In this document: positions 49,273 to 58,970 of the stretch, piece by piece
Numbering within the stretch: the stretch's first letter is position 1
How the letters are laid out: the number at the start of each line of letters is the position of its first letter
NCBI GenBank assembly: GCA_964510615.1
Contig: CAZEBA010000009.1
Coordinates: forward strand, 5,815 to 69,814
DNA: 64,000 bases
Direction: 5' to 3'
Origin: an uncultured Gemmatimonadota bacterium
Lineage (GTDB): Bacteria; Gemmatimonadota; Gemmatimonadetes; Palauibacterales; Palauibacteraceae
Translations under genes and position numbers: made by a program
Notes under the pieces: generated by a model
The model's database searches: none
Told to the model about the DNA's origin: nothing
The model's input: the letters and a program-made list of their open reading frames with translations, nothing else

Positions 49273-50301
49273 ATGACAGCGGTCAGCATTCTCGGTGCGT
49301 CCGGCTACGCCGGAGGCGAGTTGGTGCGGTGGCTGAACGGCCACAGCCGGGTCGAGATCGTACACCTCGTCGCCGACAGACGTGCGGGCGAGCGGGTGGA
49401 CGATGTGTGGCCCTCGCTGCGGAACATGAGCGCCGGATCGCTGTCCAGCCCGCCACCGGAGGTCATTGCCTCCGACTCGGACGTCGTCTTCACGGCCCTT
49501 CCCGCCGGCGAGGCAGCCAGAGTCGTTCCCGCCCTGCTGGCAGGCGGGTCGCGCGTCGTCGACCTCGGACCCGACTTCCGCCTCAGGGATCGGGCGGAGT
49601 ACGCCCGTTGGTACGGACGAGAACACGAGGCACCCGAGCTTCTTTCGGAAGCCATCTACGGCATCCCCGAGCTGCACGGCGACGTGATCCGGTCGGCCCG
49701 GCTGGTGGCCAACCCGGGCTGCTATCCGACCGTCGTGACGCTGGCTCTGTCGACCTTGCTGCGAGACGGATGGGTGGTCGACCCGGTGATCGTCGATGCC
49801 AAGTCGGGGGTGTCGGGAGCCGGGCGATCGCCTTCGCTCGGTACCTCGTTCGGCGAGCTGGACGGAAACTTCCGGCCGTACGCCGTCGGGGAGCACCGCC
49901 ACACGCCGGAGATCGAACAGTCGCTGGCCGACTCGGGAGCGAGGCCGCGCGTGTTCTTCGCCCCTCACCTCGCCCCAATGACCAGAGGCATTCTCGCCTC
50001 CTGCTACTTCGAGCTCAGCCGGTCTGCGGGCCGGGAAGAGATCCTGGCGTCGATGCGGAGCGCGTACGCTGCCAGCCGGTTCGTGCGGGTCCTGGACGAC
50101 CTCCCCCAAACCAAGGCAACGCTGGGCTCGAACTTCTGCGATCTCACGGTCCGGGTCGATGAGCGCACGGGGCGGGCGGTCGCGATCGGCGCCATCGACA
50201 ACCTCGGAAAGGGCGCCGCCGGACAGGCGATCCAGAATATGAACCTGATGTTCGGCCTCGACGAGACGGAGGGCCTGTGGACGGCTCCCATCTATCCGTA
50301 G
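49273..50301 (+). CDS. argC: N-acetyl-gamma-glutamyl-phosphate reductase
   Basis: ILGASGYAGGEL and NPGCYPT active-site Cys block. Confidence 0.9.
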   Translation: MTAVSILGASGYAGGELVRWLNGHSRVEIVHLVADRRAGERVDDVWPSLRNMSAGSLSSPPPEVIASDSDVVFTALPAGEAARVVPALLAGGSRVVDLGPDFRLRDRAEYARWYGREHEAPELLSEAIYGIPELHGDVIRSARLVANPGCYPTVVTLALSTLLRDGWVVDPVIVDAKSGVSGAGRSPSLGTSFGELDGNFRPYAVGEHRHTPEIEQSLADSGARPRVFFAPHLAPMTRGILASCYFELSRSAGREEILASMRSAYAASRFVRVLDDLPQTKATLGSNFCDLTVRVDERTGRAVAIGAIDNLGKGAAGQAIQNMNLMFGLDETEGLWTAPIYP

Positions 50302-51503
50302 CGGAATCCGGGGTCACGGCTCCGCTCGGCTTCCGGGCAGCGGGTATTCATTGCGGCATCAAGCGCCGACGCCCCGACCTGGCCGTCGTCGCCTCCGATA
50401 CGCCCTGCGTCGTGGCGGGCGTGTTCACGTCCAACCGGGTGAAGGCCGCGCCCGTGCGTCAGAGCCAGAAGGTCGTCGCGCGAGGCCGCGCGCAGGCGAT
50501 CGTCGCCAACAGCGGCAACGCGAACGCCTGCACCGGTGCCCAGGGGCAGAAGGACGCCGAGGAGATGGCCGAGCTGGCGGCTCGGTCGCTGGCGATCGGA
50601 CCGGGGGAGGTGCTGGTCGCCTCCACCGGGATCATCGGCGAACATCTGCCAATGGCTGCGCTCCGCGACGGAATCCCCAGAGCCTGTGCCGGCCTGGAGC
50701 GCTCGGGCGATGCGGCCGCGGCCGCGATCCTGACCACCGACTCCGGCCCCAAGACCGCATCGACGAGCTTCGAGATCGGCGAGGCGGTCGTTCGGGTGGG
50801 CGGAATGGCCAAGGGCGCCGGAATGATCCATCCGAAGCTGGCGACCACGCTCTGCTTCCTGACGACGGACGCGCGGCTCTCGCCGACCACCCTCGACCGC
50901 GCCCTTCGCGCCGCGGCCGCACGATCGTTCAACCGGATAACGGTGGACGGGGACATGAGCACCAACGATTGCATCCTCGTGCTGGCCAACGGGGCGGCCC
51001 TGAAGGAGCCGATCGAGGGCGGAGACGGTCTCGAGCGGTTCGAGGAGGCTCTGGGCCGGGTCGCTTCCGCTCTCGCCGAGAAGGTCGTCCGCGACGGCGA
51101 GGGAGCCACCAAGGTGGCGGAGATTCGCGTGACGGGCGCCGCCTCCGGCGGCGACGCCGAGCGTGTGGCCTATCGGCTGGCCAACTCCCTGCTGGTGAAG
51201 ACGGCCCTCCACGGTGCCGAGCCGAACTGGGGTCGCCTGATGGCGGCGCTCGGGAGCGCCGACGCCGACGTGTGCGAAGAGCTCGTCCAGATCTTCATCG
51301 GGCCGGTGCAGATCGTGCGCGGCGGTCTCGGGGTCCGGGAGTCGCTGGGCGCGGCGGCCCAGGAGCTGCACGCGTCCGATGTCGACCTCCATATCGACCT
51401 GGGGCTCGGGCGCGGATCCGCGACCGTGCTGACCTGCGACCTGTCGGAGGAGTACGTCCGGATCAACGGCTCCTACGCCGCCGAGTCGGGGGTGGTCTCA
51501 TGA
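50277..51503 (+). CDS. argJ: Bifunctional glutamate N-acetyltransferase / amino-acid acetyltransferase
   Basis: ArgJ blocks including GMAKGAGMIHPKLATTLCFLTTD, the autoproteolytic ATTL/T site. Confidence 0.9.
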   Translation: MDGSHLSVAESGVTAPLGFRAAGIHCGIKRRRPDLAVVASDTPCVVAGVFTSNRVKAAPVRQSQKVVARGRAQAIVANSGNANACTGAQGQKDAEEMAELAARSLAIGPGEVLVASTGIIGEHLPMAALRDGIPRACAGLERSGDAAAAAILTTDSGPKTASTSFEIGEAVVRVGGMAKGAGMIHPKLATTLCFLTTDARLSPTTLDRALRAAAARSFNRITVDGDMSTNDCILVLANGAALKEPIEGGDGLERFEEALGRVASALAEKVVRDGEGATKVAEIRVTGAASGGDAERVAYRLANSLLVKTALHGAEPNWGRLMAALGSADADVCEELVQIFIGPVQIVRGGLGVRESLGAAAQELHASDVDLHIDLGLGRGSATVLTCDLSEEYVRINGSYAAESGVVS

Positions 51504-52430
51504 AGCCGGAGGCCGTCAAGGCGGTGGATGCCCTGGCCGAATCCCTCGAGCAACGGATGCCGAGCGCGCGGGACGAAGCCGGTCGTAGCCGCAGCCGGAT
51601 CGGACTCGCCCTGGCCGAGGGCCTCAGATACGCCACTCGCTGGCGGGGAAGAACGGTGGTCGTGAAGCTCGGTGGTAGCATCCTGGAGCGGGCGAGCGCC
51701 GCCGCCTTCGAGGACATCGTGCTCCTGCAGCAGGCCGGAGTGAAGGTCGTGCTCGTGCACGGCGGCGGGGCGGAGATCACCCGCATGCTCGACCGCCTCG
51801 GCCACACGTCCCGCTTCGTCGACGGTCTCCGGGTGACCGACGAGGAGACGATGGAGGTCGTGGAGATGGTCCTTACCGGCCGCATCAACAAGCGCCTCGT
51901 GGCCGGCATCGAGCAGGCGGGTGGCCGAGCGGCCGGACTCTCCGGCAAGGATGGGAGCCTGCTTCTCGCCCGCCCTCACCCCGCCGCCCGCAGCCTCGGC
52001 CTGGTCGGGGAGGTGGAGGCTGTCAAGGCGGAGGTGCTGGAGGCGGTCGTCGCCGCGGGGTTCGTGCCGGTGATCTCGTCCATCGGTACGGACCGAGCCG
52101 GCACCAGCTACAATCTGAACGCGGACTCCGCAGCGGCCGCGCTGGCGGCCGAGCTCCGGGCCGAGAAGCTCATCCTGCTCACCGATGTCGACGGCGTCTA
52201 CCGGGATCGTGACGGGGATCGCCAGCTCGTCAGCGAGCTAGACACCGTGACTGCGCGGGCGATGCTGCAGGCCGGGGAGGTGACCGGAGGCATGATTCCC
52301 AAGCTGCGCGCCTGCGCGGAGGCGATCGAAGGCGGCGCCAGAAGCGCCCACATCGTCGGCACCGGGGATCCCGACGGCCTGCTGGTCGAGCTTCTCACCG
52401 ACCGCGGCATCGGCACCATGATCCGGCCGG
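51500..52430 (+). CDS. argB: Acetylglutamate kinase (no stop codon; reading frame continues into argD)
   Basis: VVVKLGGS, VLVHGGG, NLNADSAAAALA and the C-terminal GIGTMI. The ATG overlaps the argJ stop (ATGA). I arbitrarily set the end coordinate at the end of ArgB homology. The ORF is open to 53734. Confidence 0.8.
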
Positions 52431-52497
52431 CGGATCGGGACTCGCACGCCGCTGGTGGTGGGATCGCCCGACCGGAGGGGGCTCCCCGAGCCGACGG

Positions 52498-53734
52498 CGT
52501 GGCCCGACCCGACCGGGCCTCCGAGGTCGATGCGGCGATCGCGGCCTCCGACGAGCACCTGTTCCGCAACTACGCCCGGGAGCCCGTGGCCTTCTCGCGT
52601 GGCCGCGGCACGGTGCTCTGGGACCTGGACGGACGGAAGTACCTCGACTTCATCGGAGGGATCGCCGTCTCGTCGCTGGGGCACGCCCACCCCGCCCTGG
52701 TCCGGGCGATCCGGGACCAGAGCGACCGCTACCTGCACGTCTCGAACCTCTATCACATACCGGAGCAGGCCGAGGCGGCCGGGCTGCTGAAAGAGGTGAG
52801 TGGTTTCGGGCGCGCCTTCTTCTGCAACAGCGGCACCGAGGCTGTGGAAACCGCGATCAAGCTCGCCCGCAAGTGGGGGCGCACCCGGCTCGGGTCGGCG
52901 GCTCCCGAGATCATCGTGACCGAGGGAAGCTTTCACGGACGTACCCTCGGGGCGCTGGCAGCCACTGGCGTGGCCCGGTACCGGGAGGCCTTCGAGCCTC
53001 TCACGCCCGGCTTCCGCTTCGTGCCCTTCAACGACCTCGAGGCCGCAGAGGCGGCCGCGGGCCCGGACACCTGCGCGGTGCTGGTCGAGCCGGTCCAGGG
53101 GGAGGGCGGGGTGATCCCCGCCGACCCCGCCTACCTGGCCGGTCTGCGCGAGCTGACGGCCCGTCGGGATGCCCTCTTGGTCCTCGACGAGGTCCAGACC
53201 GGCATCGGCCGCACCGGACGCTGGCTGGCGTGCGAGCACTACGAGATCCGGCCCGACGTCGTGGCCCTCGCCAAGGGGCTCGGCGGCGGGATTCCGGTAG
53301 GGGCGGTCCTGGCGAGCGCTGACGCCGCCGACCTGCTGGCGCCCGGGGACCACGGAACGACGTTCGGCGGGAATGCGCTGGCGTGCGCGGCCGTCTGCGC
53401 CGTTCTGCGGACGATTCGGGAGGAGGGGCTGCTCGAAAACGTCGCCGCCATGAGCCGCCGGCTGGTTGACGGCCTTCGGACCATGGACCTCGAGCAGCCC
53501 ATCGTGCGCGAGGTTCGCGCGCTGGGGCTGCTGCTCGGCATCGACCTGACGCTCGACGCTGCACCGGTGGCATCCCGCTGCCGCGAGCGTGGCCTGCTCC
53601 TCAACGCCGTCCGGCCGCGCACCCTTCGGCTGGCCCCGCCGCTGACGGTCTCCGCCCCGGACGTGGATGCGGCGCTGATCATCCTGCGAGACGTACTGAA
53701 CGAGATTTCCCGGGGAGCTTCCCATGAAAGCTGA
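52498..53734 (+). CDS. argD: Acetylornithine aminotransferase (in frame with and contiguous to argB)
   Basis: FRNYAREPVAFSRGRGTVLWDLDGRKYLDFIGGIAVSSLGHAHP N-terminus, PLP-lysine region VVALAKGLGGG, and TFGGNALACAA. The independent start could be GTG 52498 or ATG 52418 (both in argB's frame), or the gene may be translated as an ArgB-ArgD fusion. Confidence 0.8.
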
Positions 53735-55019
53735 CCGACCGATCCGGCGGGTCGCGCTCGCCTACTCCGGCGGGCTGGACACTTCCGTAATGATCCCTTG
53801 GCTCAAGGCGAGCTACGGCTGCGAGGTCGTGGCCGTGGTGGCCGATGTCGGACAACGCGAAGACTTCGAGGCCGTGCACGCCAAGGCGATGGCGACCGGG
53901 GCGGCCGCCTGCGAAGTGGTCGACCTCAGGGACGAGTTCGCGGCCGATTACCTCTTCCCCGCCCTCCGCGCCGGGGCGGCATACGAGGGCAGGTACCTGC
54001 TCGGAACAGCGCTGGCCCGGCCGTTGATCGCAAAGGCGCAGGTCGGGGCAGCACGGGCTCACGGCTGCGACGCGCTGGCGCACGGCTGTACCGGCAAGGG
54101 AAACGACCAGGTCCGCTTCGAGGTGACCTACCGAACGCTCGCCCCCGACCTTCGCATCGTGGCGCCGTGGCGCGAGTGGGACCTCCGCTCGCGCGAGGAT
54201 GAGATCGCCTACGCCGAGGAACGCGGGATCTCGATCCCGGTCACGCCGGAGAAACCGTACAGCATCGACGAGAACCTGTGGCACCGGTCGATCGAGGGCG
54301 GAGCTTTGGAGGATCCGGCGGTCGCGGCGCCGGAGGACGTCTTCCGGCTGACGGTGAATCCGGCCGCCGCACCGGACGAGCCGGCGCTGGCTGAGATCGC
54401 CTTCGAGCACGGGCTGCCCACGGCCCTGAACGGCGAGAGGCTGCCGCCGGCTTCCCTGATCGAGCGGCTGAACGCGATCGCCGGCTCGCATGGCGTCGGC
54501 CGAACCGACATCGTCGAGAGCCGCCTGGTCGGCATGAAGAGCCGCGGCATCTACGAGACGCCGGCCGGCACGGTACTGAGAGCGGCGCTTCGCGATCTGA
54601 GGGCGCTGACGCTGGACCACGCCACCGCGGCGTTCCAGGAGCAGGTGGCGATCCGGTACGGCGAGCTCGTATACCAGGGCCTCTGGCACTCCGCGCTGCG
54701 CGAGGCGTTGGACGCCTTCGTGGTGGCCTCGCACCGGACGGTCAGCGGAACGGTGTCCGTCCGGCTGTTCAAGGGCACCTGCCTGCCGGTCGGGCGCGCC
54801 TCGTCCTTCAGCCTCTATCACGAGGACCTGGCTACGTTCGGCGAGGACGGAGTGTACGACCAGAAGGACGCGGCCGGCTTCATCCGCTTGTGGGGCCTTC
54901 CATCGGAGGTGTGGGCGCGCGTCGGCTCCGCTGCTTCGCGGCCGCGCGCCGCGAGGGCGGCGCGAGATCGCGCTCCGCGACCCCAAGCGGGGCGGCCGGA
55001 GACGACGGTGGCCCGGTGA
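53724..55019 (+). CDS. argG: Argininosuccinate synthase
   Basis: AYSGGLDTS P-loop-like motif and GCTGKGNDQVRFE. Confidence 0.9.
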   Translation: MKADRPIRRVALAYSGGLDTSVMIPWLKASYGCEVVAVVADVGQREDFEAVHAKAMATGAAACEVVDLRDEFAADYLFPALRAGAAYEGRYLLGTALARPLIAKAQVGAARAHGCDALAHGCTGKGNDQVRFEVTYRTLAPDLRIVAPWREWDLRSREDEIAYAEERGISIPVTPEKPYSIDENLWHRSIEGGALEDPAVAAPEDVFRLTVNPAAAPDEPALAEIAFEHGLPTALNGERLPPASLIERLNAIAGSHGVGRTDIVESRLVGMKSRGIYETPAGTVLRAALRDLRALTLDHATAAFQEQVAIRYGELVYQGLWHSALREALDAFVVASHRTVSGTVSVRLFKGTCLPVGRASSFSLYHEDLATFGEDGVYDQKDAAGFIRLWGLPSEVWARVGSAASRPRAARAARDRAPRPQAGRPETTVAR

Positions 55020-56491
55020 CGAAGCCGGACGCCACCTCCCTCTGGGGCGGGCGGTTCGCGGCGGAGCTAGACCCGGTGATCCTCGAGTTCACCGGCTCGC
55101 TCGCGTTCGACTCGCGCCTGGTGCGCCACGACCTGATCGCCAGCCTCGCCCACGCACGCATGCTGTGGGAGACGGGCATCATCGATCGCGGCCAGGCGGA
55201 GCCGATCCTCGGCGGCCTGGCGAAGATGCTGCGCGACGTCGAGCGGGGGACGCTCACGGTCGAGGGTCCCGACGAGGACGTCCACAGCTGGATCGAGCGC
55301 ACCCTGCACGAGCGCATCGGCTCCGCCGCCGGCCGGCTGCATACCGCGCGAAGCCGCAACGATCAGGTGAGCGTCGCGCTCCGGCTCTTCACCCGGGAGG
55401 CGATTGCGGCCCTCGCCGGATCGCTCGCAGGGCTCCTCGATGTGTGGCTCGCCCAGGCGGAGGAGCACACCGACACCTGGATGCCGGGATACACTCACCT
55501 CCAGCGGGCCCAGCCGGTGACCCTCGCTCACCACCTGCTCGCGCACTTCTGGGCCCTGGAGAGCGATGGGGAGAGGCTCCGGACCACGTACGAGAGGGCC
55601 GGCAGCTCGCCGCTCGGCGCCGGCGCGCTCGCCGGCTCGCGGCACCCGATCCGGCCGCAGCGATCCGCCGCGCTCCTCGGCCTCGGCTCCGTCTGTCCGA
55701 ACACGCTCCTGGCCGTCGCCGACCGGGACTTCGTGGCCGAGACGGCGTTCGCCTGCGCCCTGCTGATGGTCCACCTCAGCCGCTGGGCCTCCGAGCTGAT
55801 CCTCTGGAGCACGCTCGAGTTCGGCTTCGTCCGCCTCTCCGACACGGTCGCCCAGGGCAGCAGCCTCATGCCCCAGAAGAAGAACCCGGAGGCCGCCGAG
55901 CTCATTCGGGGCAAGAGCGGCCGGGTTGTCGGCGATCTCACCGGACTGCTCACGACCCTCAAGGGTCTGCCACTCGCCTACAACAGCGATCTGCAGGAGG
56001 ACAAGGAACCGTTGTTCGACGCGCTGGACACGGCGAACGGCTCCGTCCGGGTGGCGACGACGATCGCGACGGGAGCGCGTTACGACGTGGAGCGGCTCGT
56101 GGGAGCCCTGGAGGCGGGCTTCGTTACGGCCACCGACCTAGCGGACCTCCTGGTCGAGCGCGGCACCCCGTTCCGCGAGGCCCACCGCCTGGCGGGTCTT
56201 GCCGTCCGCGAGGCCGAGCAACGGGGTTGCGAGCTCTGGGAGCTCGACCCGGATCGGCTGGCCGGAATCTCGCCGGCGATCGACGAACAGGTGATCCGAG
56301 GCGTCCGCCCGGAAGCGGCGGGCACGGCGCGGAGGTCCGAGGGCGGGCCGTCACCCGCGCGGGTCCGGGAACAGCTCGACCGGGCAGCCGAGAAGCTGGA
56401 GCGCCTGCGAACCTGGACCGCGGACCGCCGGCAGCCCCCGATCTACGAGGCCTTCCGGGACGACCGCCTGCTGGACCCGGAGATCCCGTGA
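55016..56491 (+). CDS. argH: Argininosuccinate lyase
   Basis: LWGGRF N-terminus, fumarate-lyase signature GSSLMPQKKNPE. GTG start overlaps the argG stop (GTGA). Confidence 0.9.
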   Translation: MTKPDATSLWGGRFAAELDPVILEFTGSLAFDSRLVRHDLIASLAHARMLWETGIIDRGQAEPILGGLAKMLRDVERGTLTVEGPDEDVHSWIERTLHERIGSAAGRLHTARSRNDQVSVALRLFTREAIAALAGSLAGLLDVWLAQAEEHTDTWMPGYTHLQRAQPVTLAHHLLAHFWALESDGERLRTTYERAGSSPLGAGALAGSRHPIRPQRSAALLGLGSVCPNTLLAVADRDFVAETAFACALLMVHLSRWASELILWSTLEFGFVRLSDTVAQGSSLMPQKKNPEAAELIRGKSGRVVGDLTGLLTTLKGLPLAYNSDLQEDKEPLFDALDTANGSVRVATTIATGARYDVERLVGALEAGFVTATDLADLLVERGTPFREAHRLAGLAVREAEQRGCELWELDPDRLAGISPAIDEQVIRGVRPEAAGTARRSEGGPSPARVREQLDRAAEKLERLRTWTADRRQPPIYEAFRDDRLLDPEIP

Positions 56492-56973
56492 GCCCCGGCA
56501 CGCGACGGGCCCGCGAGCAGGCGATCCTGCAGATCCTGGCCGAGCGGGATGTGCAGACGCAGGGCGAGCTGGTGGGCGAGCTCGAGGCGCTCGGCTTCGG
56601 CGTCACGCAAGCCACGGTGTCCCGGGATGTCCGGCGGCTGGGCGTCGTGAAGCTCCCCTCGGCGGAAGGGACCGCCCGTTACGTGCCTCCCGAAGCGGCG
56701 GGCGAGCCGCCGGATCGGCCCGGGGGAGGCCGGACCGCCAGGGACGAGCTCGCCGCCGTCTTTCGGGAGTCGGTGGTCGCGGTGGACGCCGGCGACGCGC
56801 TGCTGGCGGTGCGGACCCCGCCGGGGCGCGCCAACGCGGTCGCGATCACCATCGACGGGGCCCGGATCCCGGAGATCGTCGCCACCGTGGCCGGCGATGA
56901 CACGATCTTTCTCCTCATGAGGAATCAGGCGGACCGACGCATCGTCCGCCGTGCGCTGGAGAGCCTCTTCTAG
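56488..56973 (+). CDS. argR: Arginine repressor
   Basis: N-terminal winged HTH QTQGELVGELEALGFGVTQATVSRDVRRL and a C-terminal oligomerisation/arginine-binding domain ending GDDTIFLL. GTG start overlaps the argH stop (GTGA). Confidence 0.8.
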   Translation: MSPGTRRAREQAILQILAERDVQTQGELVGELEALGFGVTQATVSRDVRRLGVVKLPSAEGTARYVPPEAAGEPPDRPGGGRTARDELAAVFRESVVAVDAGDALLAVRTPPGRANAVAITIDGARIPEIVATVAGDDTIFLLMRNQADRRIVRRALESLF

Positions 56974-56985
56974 CCGAACTCCGGC

Positions 56986-57438
56986 TCAGAGGCTGCCATA
57001 CCGACCGAGCACGTACTCCCAACCGGTGTCGTATCCGGCACGGGTCTTCTCCGCCTCCTCGCCCAGCAGCTCCCAGCCCGAGTGCGTCAGCGTGACCTCG
57101 GTCGCGTCGCCCGCCGCCTCGAACGTCACCTCGACGCGACCGGCCAGCGACTCGTCCTTGTCGGGATGCCACGAAACCGCGACCGCGGCCGGCGGATCCC
57201 ATCGCAACACGGTCCCCCAAACGCACTCGGTCCCATCCCGTTGCACCTCGTAGAGCCGGCCGCCCACCCGGCCCTCGAAGACACAGCTCTCCGCGTTCTT
57301 CTGTCCCAGCGAGTGCGTCTCGAGAGGCCACCAATCGCCGATGCCGGCCGTGAAGCGGCGGAACGCATCCTCGACGGCCACCTCCACCCTGACTCTCTTT
57401 ACCAGCGGATCCACCGCCACGACCGGCCCGTCACTCAT
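56986..57438 (-). CDS. SRPBCC (Aha1/AHSA1-like) domain protein
   Basis: VEAPVEDAF-type beginning (VAVEDAFRRFTAGIGDWW). ~150 aa after starting at MSDGPVV. 8-nt overlap with the upstream ArsR gene. Confidence 0.7.
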   Translation of the reverse strand: MSDGPVVAVDPLVKRVRVEVAVEDAFRRFTAGIGDWWPLETHSLGQKNAESCVFEGRVGGRLYEVQRDGTECVWGTVLRWDPPAAVAVSWHPDKDESLAGRVEVTFEAAGDATEVTLTHSGWELLGEEAEKTRAGYDTGWEYVLGRYGSL

Positions 57439-57763
57439 CGCTCGTTCCTCCTCTGTCTGCCGTTCGTCCAAGCTCTACACTTCGCTTGAACTCTGATAGC
57501 ACATCTTCCCACAGTGATTCGATATACGAACGCAGCTCAGCCAACCCATCCCGATTCATCTCGTAGTATTGTCGGGTTCCCTCCCGTCGTCGGGAGACGA
57601 GGCCGGCATCGAGCAACACCCGCAGATGCTGAGACACCGCCGGCCGGCTCACGGGCAGCCCGCGCGCCAGGTCCCCGGCGGGCCGCCGCCCGCTCCTCAG
57701 CCGCTCGAAGATCCGCCGGCGGGTGGGATCGGCGAGGGCGCTGAGCTTCTTATCGTAAGCCAT
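57431..57763 (-). CDS. ArsR family transcriptional regulator (HTH only, no metal-binding Cys)
   Basis: LADPTRRRIFERL ... LPVSRPAVSQHLRVLLDAGLV. No CxC motif. Confidence 0.8.
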   Translation of the reverse strand: MAYDKKLSALADPTRRRIFERLRSGRRPAGDLARGLPVSRPAVSQHLRVLLDAGLVSRRREGTRQYYEMNRDGLAELRSYIESLWEDVLSEFKRSVELGRTADRGGTSDE

Positions 57764-57852
57764 AACTTACGTAAGTATAGACTAACAGCTCGCCAGGGTC
57801 AAGGTGTCGTGCGTCAGGGTGGTCAGTCGCTGTCAGTCGGTGGGTGGTAGGT

Positions 57853-58878
57853 CTACCGCTGCGGTTCGACGATCACCTTGAGCGAGTCCCGACCCTCGAT
57901 CACGAGCTCGAACCCCCGCTGAGTCTCGGCCAAGCCGAGCCGGTGGGTGACCATCGCCTCGACGTCCACGCGACCGGCCGAGATGAGATCGATCGCGGAC
58001 TGCATGTCGGCCGGCGGGCCCGCGTAGGAGTGGACGATGTTGGTGCCGTTCGCCCAGACGTCGAGGAGCGGGAAGTCGAAGGTGACGCCGGGATCGGCCG
58101 GGGCGTACCACATCACCGTCCCGCCCCGGTCCACACACTCGAGCGCCTGCCGGATCGCCGGCAGGGCTCCTGTGCAGACGAACACCCGCTCCGCCAGCCG
58201 ACCCTCGTTGGCGGCCCGGATGCCGGCCGGAACGTCGGCATCCGCCATCAGCGCGGCGGTCGCCCCGAAGCGCAGGGCCTCGGCCATACGGTGCTCGTCG
58301 ATGTCCGTCGCGATGATCGGTCCGGCGCCGAGCGCCCGGGCGAGCTGGATGAACAGGATGCCGGAGATGCCGCTGCCCAGAACGGCCACACTCTGGCCGG
58401 CCTGCAGTCGCGCGATCCGGAGCGCCCGGACCGCGCAGGCGAGGGGCTCGACGAAGGAGGCCGCCTCGAAGCTCACGGCGTCCGGCAGCCTGAACGTCCC
58501 CCGATCCACGTTGATCGGCGGCAGGCGGACCAGCTCGGAGAAGCCGCCGGGGTCGAAGTGGGTCGCCTTGAGCGTATCGCAGACGCTGTGACGGTCCGTC
58601 AGGCAGTACCGGCACGTGTTGCAGGGCACGTGATGGGTGGTGACGACCCGGTCGCCGACGGTGAACCGCTCGACCCCCTTCCCCACCTCCTCCACGGTGC
58701 CCGCGACTTCGTGCCCCAGCACGATCGGGGCCTTGGGCACTCGGTACCACTCCATGATGTCGGAGCCGCAGATCCCGCTGGCCTCGATGCGAACGAGAAG
58801 CTCCCCGGGCCCGATCGTGGGGCGCGGCCGCTCCTCGAGCCGAATATCCCGGTTGTTGTAGTAGACGGCGACGCGCAT
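57853..58878 (-). CDS. Zinc-dependent medium-chain alcohol/polyol dehydrogenase
   Basis: GICGSDI, GHEVAG, structural-Zn cysteines CNTCRYCLTDRHSVC, and Rossmann GSGISG. Confidence 0.85.
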   Translation of the reverse strand: MRVAVYYNNRDIRLEERPRPTIGPGELLVRIEASGICGSDIMEWYRVPKAPIVLGHEVAGTVEEVGKGVERFTVGDRVVTTHHVPCNTCRYCLTDRHSVCDTLKATHFDPGGFSELVRLPPINVDRGTFRLPDAVSFEAASFVEPLACAVRALRIARLQAGQSVAVLGSGISGILFIQLARALGAGPIIATDIDEHRMAEALRFGATAALMADADVPAGIRAANEGRLAERVFVCTGALPAIRQALECVDRGGTVMWYAPADPGVTFDFPLLDVWANGTNIVHSYAGPPADMQSAIDLISAGRVDVEAMVTHRLGLAETQRGFELVIEGRDSLKVIVEPQR

Positions 58879-58970
58879 CGCCTATCCGGGCACGCGGCGC
58901 GACCCGAGCCTGCGGCGCGCCCAGTCCGGCCCGACGCGGATCCGGAGGCCGCCGACCGAGGCAGAGGCGC

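Noticed and set aside
50351-51499. Upstream part of the 1127-aa ORF 50351-53734
   Set aside because: Arg/Gly-rich frame overlapping argJ out of frame. ArgB homology starts at ATG 51500.
55165-56487. 602-aa ORF 55165-56973 as a single gene
   Set aside because: Only the last 162 aa (ArgR) are meaningful. The rest is an alternate frame of argH.
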